Source: a bacterium
Lineage (GTDB): Bacteria > Hinthialibacterota > Hinthialibacteria > Hinthialibacterales > Hinthialibacteraceae
DNA: 21,300 nt
NCBI GenBank assembly: GCA_963663405.2
Contig: CAXXSM010000075.1
Coordinates: 1-21,300, forward strand
Direction: 5' to 3'
In this document: one piece after another, positions 16,093 to 21,300 of the stretch
How positions within the stretch are numbered: the first letter of the stretch is position 1
How the letters are laid out: the number at the start of each line of letters is the position of its first letter
Notes under the pieces: generated by a model
Told to the model about the DNA's origin: nothing
Seen by the model: the letters and a program-made list of their open reading frames with translations, nothing else
Databases searched by the model: none
Translations under genes and position numbers: made by a program

Positions 16093-17002
16093 GTTTCCAC
16101 TGATCAATATCAGTGGCCCCATTGAAGGAACGGTCCATGCGTCGCATTCCCGACAAATCCAGCAAGTTTCCACTGATCAATATCAGTGGCCCCATTGAAG
16201 GTTTCTATCCGGCGCTCTATATCTCTATTCATTTGCGAGTTTCCACTGATCAATATCAGTGGCCCCATTGAAGGTTTCCGAGGAAAGGAAATTGATATGC
16301 TGGAATGCGCGTTTCCACTGATCAATATCAGTGGCCCCATTGAAGGATCAATGGCTTTTTCATTCTTTTCTTTCTCTACTATGTTTCCACTGATCAATAT
16401 CAGTGGCCCCATTGAAGGCGTGAAATGGGAGATTAATCCAGGATCCAACATCGTGGTTTCCACTGATCAATATCAGTGGCCCCATTGAAGGGATCTGGAA
16501 AGCGGAGAATTAAATACGGCATCCGTTGGTTTCCACTGATCAATATCAGTGGCCCCATTGAAGGGATAATACTCCTGTAATTTCAGCCTCCGATTTTCGC
16601 GTTTCCACTGATCAATATCAGTGGCCCCATTGAAGCCTGTTTCAACTTCTTCACAACCTTCATCCGGAGATCGGTTTCCACTGATCAATATCAGTGGCCC
16701 CATTGAAGCATGCGCGACGGGATAGTACTCGGAGAATTCCTCCCCGGTTTCCACTGATCAATATCAGTGGCCCCATTGAAGCAAATACGCCCCATTCGCC
16801 GGGGCGTTATCCAATGTCGCGTTTCCACTGATCAATATCAGTGGCCCCATTGAAGCAACACGGCGCCGGGGGTGGATGCGTATATTGTTTCGTTGTTTCC
16901 ACTGATCAATATCAGTGGCCCCATTGAAGCAATTGAGTACTTGATAAACAGCCTGACGACCCATACGTTTCCACTGATCAATATCAGTGGCCCCATTGAA
17001 GC
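16093..17002 (+). CRISPR. CRISPR array: 13 repeats of 36 bp and 12 unique spacers of 36-38 bp
   Basis: Repeat GTTTCCACTGATCAATATCAGTGGCCCCATTGAAG(G/C) starts at 16093, 16166, 16239, 16311, 16383, 16456, 16529, 16601, 16674, 16747, 16821, 16895 and 16967. Internal hairpin CCACTGAT-caat-ATCAGTGG. The 3' ATTGAAG(C/G) end and the leader position indicate + strand transcription. Confidence 0.99.
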
Positions 17003-17038
17003 CCTTTTCCTGACCGCTTTTAACCTGCACAAAATTTG

Positions 17039-18106
17039 GTAATCGGTCAGCCTCCTGAAGTGGAAAATCCCTCTAAATTACATATTATGTAATATCCCCC
17101 TTCACAAATCCCTTTACTTTAGATTGACTACAGATGTAATCTATAATGAGAATTTAGTTGAGGGAAAACGCCCACAGAAGTCATTCGGAAACAGATTGAA
17201 GATTTTTTAAATCAATCGGTGTCTGTTTCAGAAAAAGAGATCAAAAACTTAGCTCGCACTCTCATGGGAAATGGAGAAGACGGCATTCTATTTCTTCTTC
17301 TCCAATGCTCCAAACGAATTCAAGAATTGGAGATGGGACACCCATCATCGATCACTCCTTCAACGCCTTCTGGGATGATTCCTCCTTATCAAAAAGCCTC
17401 TGCGCAAACGAAAAAAAGAAGGCGGGCGCCCCAAAGGACCATCCCGGTTCTTGCCTTCCCAAACCCGAGAAAATTGACCACCATGAAGACCATCGGCTCG
17501 ACCGCTGTCCCGATTGCGGCGGGCCTCTCCAGCGATGCGAGGGAGAGCCAAGCACTCGTTCTCGAATCATCGAGGATATTCCGGAGGATATTCAGCCCGT
17601 AGTGACGGAACACATCATTCATAGAGATTATTGTCCTGCCTGCCAGACCGTAAATCGATACCGCTTTGCGAAAATCAACGATTGGCAATCGCTTGTTGTG
17701 TTTGACGGCCTTCTGGCATTATGCGCTGGGGATGACGACGGCGCAAATTCTGGACACCCTGAATTACCATTTGCACTTTCAATTAAGCAAGGAAGGCTTG
17801 ATTCAGAAATGGCATCCGTTACGAATGATAGTTGTTCACTTTCTTAACTCACCCAAATGTTCCGAGCGATAACAATCATTCAGAACGGGAAATCCGTTCG
17901 GCCGTGTTGATGCGGAAAGTCATTTATGGAAACCGCAGCGCCGATGGCGCGTTGACTCAATCCGTTTTGATGACCGTGTTTCGGACACTCAAACGATGAG
18001 GTTATAATCCATTCCAGACGCTCGTCTCGGCTCTCAGCGATTTTATTCTAACCGAAAAATTGCCCCCTTTCCCACCCGTTATCACTTCACATGACTGACC
18101 TGATAC
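17039..18106 (+). mobile_element. Decayed IS66-family insertion sequence (single-ORF, ISBst12-like), internally deleted
   Basis: Left end GTAATCGGTCAGCCTCCTGAAGTG versus the reverse complement of the right end GTATCAGGTCAGTCATGTGAAGTG: 17 of 24 identical, with the GTAA start typical of IS66. The ends enclose transposase fragments. No 8-bp target duplication is visible. Confidence 0.75.
17162..18098 (+). pseudogene. IS66-family transposase pseudogene
   Basis: Fragments in successive frames: PSTPSGMIPPYQK / KKKAGAPKDHPG...CPDCGGPL...IIEDIP...YCPAC / KSTIGNRLL...HYALG / LFTFLTHPNVPSDNNHSEREIR...RKVIYGNRS. Frameshifts lie near 17411-17417, about 17655 and about 17830. The central catalytic region appears missing at about 17830, and there is an in-frame TGA at 17997-17999. 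Confidence 0.88.
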
Positions 18107-18646
18107 CCCGCCGCAAGTGTGTCTTGAGTGGATTGAAAATGCGCCTTTTGTAAGGCCGAAACTTTGGCCGCCACCTGGATCTCTTTTCAATAAGTTAACT
18201 TCCCAACGAATCGAATTGGATGCAGTATAATCTAAATCACCTGCTTCTTCACGATCTGCGGTGTGACCTGTGTCAATTTTCGGCGTTCTGTCACCTGAAG
18301 GCTTTCGATATTCCATTCGATACATCCGCAATTGTAAGCAGGCTCTGTTGCAGAGTGGGATTGACGCCAATAGGTTCATCAATCAGGGGTTTCCGATCCG
18401 AGTAGCGGATTTGATCCTCGTATATTGTTATCTGTTTTTCTCCATTCAACTAAAACCAAAACTGGAACTGTTCAACTTAAAACACAGAATCTGGTCTATA
18501 TATTGCTTAATAACAAGAAAGGATTAATTATTTTCAATCTGTAAAAAATACATAAGTACCAATGAACAAAGAGAGTTAGTTCATTTTTTGGCAACCGTAT
18601 CGTAGAGGATTCATAAAAAAAACGTCGATTTATAAACAGGTATTGT

Positions 18647-20224
18647 ATGAATTTGATCAGTTTAGAACAATCTCCAATTGATATTCGATCGTTGGTTCCA
18701 CACTTGGAACGGCATGAGCGGGAATTGAATGCGCTCTATACGATTGGAAAAATACTTGGAACCCAAGCAGGGCAAAAAGAGATGCTGCTTGATGTCATCG
18801 ACGTTCTGGAAAACCAAATGGGGATGCAGCGCGGCACAATTATGCTGCTCTCTCCCGATGGGAGCGAATTGATTATCGAAGAGGTGAAAAACCTCGACTC
18901 ACAACGACAAAAAGAAGTTCGCTACCGCCGCGGTGAAGGGATTGTTGGACGCGTATTGCAAACCGGAAAATCAGAAATCATCGCCAAAATCTCTCAAGAA
19001 CCTGAATTCCAAGACCGGATTCACGTTCGAAAAAAAACGATCCAGGAAGAACTCAGTTTCATCTGTGTGCCGATCTCAATTGATAACAACATCATTGGGA
19101 CCTTATCCGTAGACCTCCCGTATTCGAATTATGACGCCTTGGAGGAACATAAACGCGCATTAAGCATCGTCGCCGCGTTGATCGCCTACGACGCCCGGTC
19201 CCGGCTGCGGGCGAAATTAGAACGGCAAGCGTTGGAAGCGGAAAACGAACGCCTGCGCAGCGCCTTAGAAGCTAAATATCGCCCCGAAAACATCATCGGT
19301 AATTCCAACGCGATGCGCACGGTGTATCAACGAATCAAACAAGTCGCGCAGAGTGAAACGACGGTTTTAATCCGTGGTGAATCGGGGACGGGAAAAGAAC
19401 TGGTCGCGTCCGCCATTCATTTTAATAGTGACCGGGCGAATAAACCTTTCATCAAAGTGAATTGCGCCGCGTTAAGCGAAAACTTGATCGAAAGTGAAAT
19501 CTTTGGTCACGAACGCGGCGCGTTTACGGGCGCGATGTTTCGCCGTATCGGCCGTTTCGAGGAGGCGGAAGGCGGAACGATTTTTCTCGATGAGATCGGT
19601 GATTTCTCCCCGGCGATCCAAGTCAAACTTCTCCGGGTTATTCAGGAACGGGAATTTCAGCGCGTCGGGAGCAATAAAACGCTCAAAACGGACGTTCGCA
19701 TTATTGCCGCGACGAATAAAGATCTAGAAAAAGCCGTTCAAAATGGAGAATTCCGCCAGGATTTATATTACCGGATTAATGTGTTCTCTATCATGCTTCC
19801 TCCCCTGCAGGAGCGAAAAAATGACATTCTTCTGCTCGCCGATCATTTTGTGGAACAATATGCGGCCAAGATGAAGAAGACCATTCGCCGGATCAGCACA
19901 ACCGCCATCAACATGATGACCGCCTATCACTGGCCAGGGAATGTCAGAGAACTGGAAAACTGCATCGAACACGCCGTGCTGCTGAGTAAGGATGAAGTCA
20001 TTCATGGGTATGACCTGCCTCCCACTTTGCAAATGCCGGATCAAAGCGAGCAAACACAAAAAGGTGTGTTTAAACAACGTATGAATTTACTCGAAAAAGA
20101 TATGATCGTCGATGCGCTAAAACGGACAAAAGGCAATATCAGCGCCGCCGCGCGTGACCTGGGAATTACACCCAGGATGGTTCACTATAAAGTCAATAAG
20201 TTAAACATTGACAATCATTTTTAA
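18647..20224 (+). CDS. nifA: Sigma-54-dependent activator, GAF-AAA+-Fis HTH, NifA subfamily
   Basis: GAF domain with [11 protein letters not shown]...EPEFQDR; [30 protein letters not shown] and [10 protein letters not shown]; C-terminal [21 protein letters not shown] resembling the NifA HTH. The enhancer-binding-protein call is near certain; NifA orthology is moderate. Confidence 0.75.
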   Translation: MNLISLEQSPIDIRSLVPHLERHERELNALYTIGKILGTQAGQKEMLLDVIDVLENQMGMQRGTIMLLSPDGSELIIEEVKNLDSQRQKEVRYRRGEGIVGRVLQTGKSEIIAKISQEPEFQDRIHVRKKTIQEELSFICVPISIDNNIIGTLSVDLPYSNYDALEEHKRALSIVAALIAYDARSRLRAKLERQALEAENERLRSALEAKYRPENIIGNSNAMRTVYQRIKQVAQSETTVLIRGESGTGKELVASAIHFNSDRANKPFIKVNCAALSENLIESEIFGHERGAFTGAMFRRIGRFEEAEGGTIFLDEIGDFSPAIQVKLLRVIQEREFQRVGSNKTLKTDVRIIAATNKDLEKAVQNGEFRQDLYYRINVFSIMLPPLQERKNDILLLADHFVEQYAAKMKKTIRRISTTAINMMTAYHWPGNVRELENCIEHAVLLSKDEVIHGYDLPPTLQMPDQSEQTQKGVFKQRMNLLEKDMIVDALKRTKGNISAAARDLGITPRMVHYKVNKLNIDNHF

Positions 20225-20240
20225 AATTCTTCACAATCAA

Positions 20241-20293
20241 TCCCCCAAGTTTGGCATTACACCCCCTTCACACTCCCCCCCAAACTTGGGGGA
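20241..20293. repeat. REP-like inverted repeat, possible terminator after the NifA-like gene
   Basis: TCCCCCAAGTTTGG (20241-20254) and CCAAACTTGGGGGA (20280-20293) are exact reverse complements. The right copy is also locally palindromic. Confidence 0.6.
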
Positions 20294-20368
20294 GAATTAT
20301 ATCAATTCGTACTTCGTATCAATCGTTTAGTAAATGCTATCCATAATGAGATTGTACATCCCTCTATC

Positions 20369-20446
20369 CCCAGGATTAAAATCCTGGGCTATTTTCTTTT
20401 GTCCCGGAGGGACATTTTAAAAATAGCCCAAACTTTCAAGTCTGGG
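20369..20446. repeat. REPIN-like composite palindrome
   Basis: Two inverted 27-bp self-palindromic units (CCCAGGATTAAAATCCTGGGCTATTTT at 20369-20395; AAAATAGCCCAAACTTTCAAGTCTGGG at 20420-20446) surround a central GTCCC-gga-GGGAC hairpin (20401-20413). Confidence 0.7.
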
Positions 20447-20570
20447 TGAGCATGATTACACAATATTACTTGAAAAGAGAACAATTTTTACTTTACGTAT
20501 TCACTTATCGGATGAGTCTTATATTTATGTACAAAATTGAATTGAAAGAAAGTGAATATGAGTAAATATC

Positions 20571-21300
20571 TTAGCGTGTTTCCGATAAGATAAATTCCTC
20601 CACCTCACTCGCGCGCCAAATTTCCCGTTCTTCTCTTTTGATCTGTTGAACCAGCGCGCGCGCTTCCACCCGCGTTAGAATAATTCCAATCGCTTTAGCC
20701 AAAGCCATGATCGATCGGGTACCGGAAATTTTAGACAAGACACCAATCCGCCGCTCTCCCATACGTTCCATCGGCAAAGATTCATAGGTTTCAGGATTTT
20801 CGATAGCGGAAAGGCAATGCAAACCAGCCTTATGCGCGAAACGACGTTGATGGTAGCGGTCCAAATGCAAGTTATCCCACGCGAGATTATCCAAATACTT
20901 ACATTCAGAAAGCGTAAAACGCCGTCCGGTCGTCTCTTCCAGCGCAATGGCGCATTCGGTTAGCGGTATGATCCCACCCCGTTCTCCCAAACCTAATACA
21001 CTGGCGTCCACACTATCCCATCCTGATTGAATCGCTTCAATCGCATTCGCCAACGCCAGGCCACGATCATTATGCCCATGAAAATGCAGCCGCGCTGTTG
21101 GAAAACATTTGCCCCCGAATTGTATGAAAGATGGAACGCGACTGGAATGGGTACAAACACCCCGTTGTATCCGCATACCCAATTAGATTTACCCCACACG
21201 CAGTCAGTTCTTGATAAAATGGAATCAGCAATTCAAGATCGGTTCGTGACGCGTCTTCGCATGTAAAACGTACTTTCAATCCTAACGAATGGGCGTATCG
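20571..21300 (-). pseudogene. Homocitrate synthase family (DRE-TIM metallolyase) 3' part, with one frameshift; truncated by the window end
   Basis: RYAHSLGLKVRFTCEDASRTD...IGYADTTG lies in one frame. HFHGHNDRGLALANA...LGLGERGGI...FAHKAGLH...NPETYE lies in another, with the switch near 21102-21117. There is no LeuA-type regulatory domain. The gene could be intact if the shift is a sequencing error. Confidence 0.75.

Noticed and set aside
16201-16280. Spacers 2 and 3 start TTTC, giving GTTTC like a repeat start or a retained PAM
   Set aside because: Spacer lengths are normal, the similarity ends after 5-6 nt, and there are only two cases.
16347-16382. Spacer 4 partial complementarity to cas3 (AGAATGAAAAAGCC near 10279) and the WYL gene (GAAAAAGCCATT near 7215), as possible self-regulation
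   Set aside because: Only 12-14 nt, A-rich, and mismatched at the spacer 5' (seed) end. Compatible with chance.
16110-17032. ORFs with repeated SMGPLILISGN / FNGATDIDQWK peptides
   Set aside because: These are translations of the CRISPR repeats.
17026-17061. Degenerate 14th repeat ending ...CCTGAAG
   Set aside because: Weak match and wrong spacing. It is better explained as the IS66 left inverted repeat, which pairs with 18083-18106.
17410-17418. A AAA AAG programmed -1 frameshift in the transposase
   Set aside because: The heptamer is in the downstream frame rather than the upstream one. Loss of one A from an A8 run explains it, and the gene has several other lesions.
18002-18527. Short ORFs between the IS and the NifA-like gene
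   Set aside because: No recognisable motifs or RBS, and they overlap on both strands. A decayed gene cannot be excluded.
18588-18603. TGGCAAC as a sigma-54 -24 element upstream of the NifA-like gene
   Set aside because: The -12 position reads GT rather than the required GC.

Overview
The window is centred on a complete, apparently intact type I-G (formerly I-U) CRISPR-Cas locus: cas3 (helicase with C-terminal HD), cas8u2, csb1/cas7, csb2, a cas4-cas1 fusion, cas2, a leader and an array of 13 repeats and 12 spacers. An HTH-WYL-WCX regulator gene sits directly upstream. To the left are the 3' end of a GH99-like glycosidase and a minus-strand MFP-RND-OMF efflux operon. To the right are a decayed IS66-family element abutting the array, a NifA-like sigma-54 activator, REP-like palindromes and a frameshifted homocitrate-synthase-family gene running off the window. 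The strongest candidate for a new system is the 60-bp gap between the WYL gene and cas3. It holds a perfect CTGACA-N5-TGTCAG palindrome whose right arm reads TGTCAG-N10-TATGAT with no usable -35. This is the geometry of PafBC-type WYL-activated promoters, and it suggests a type I-G system switched on by ssDNA or DNA damage. Other notable signals are a clean G/C switch in the last repeat base that records acquisition order, IHF sites in the leader, an IS starting exactly one spacer-length after the last repeat, and a probable ATT start codon for the efflux operon. All family calls are from motif recognition by eye; no searches were run.
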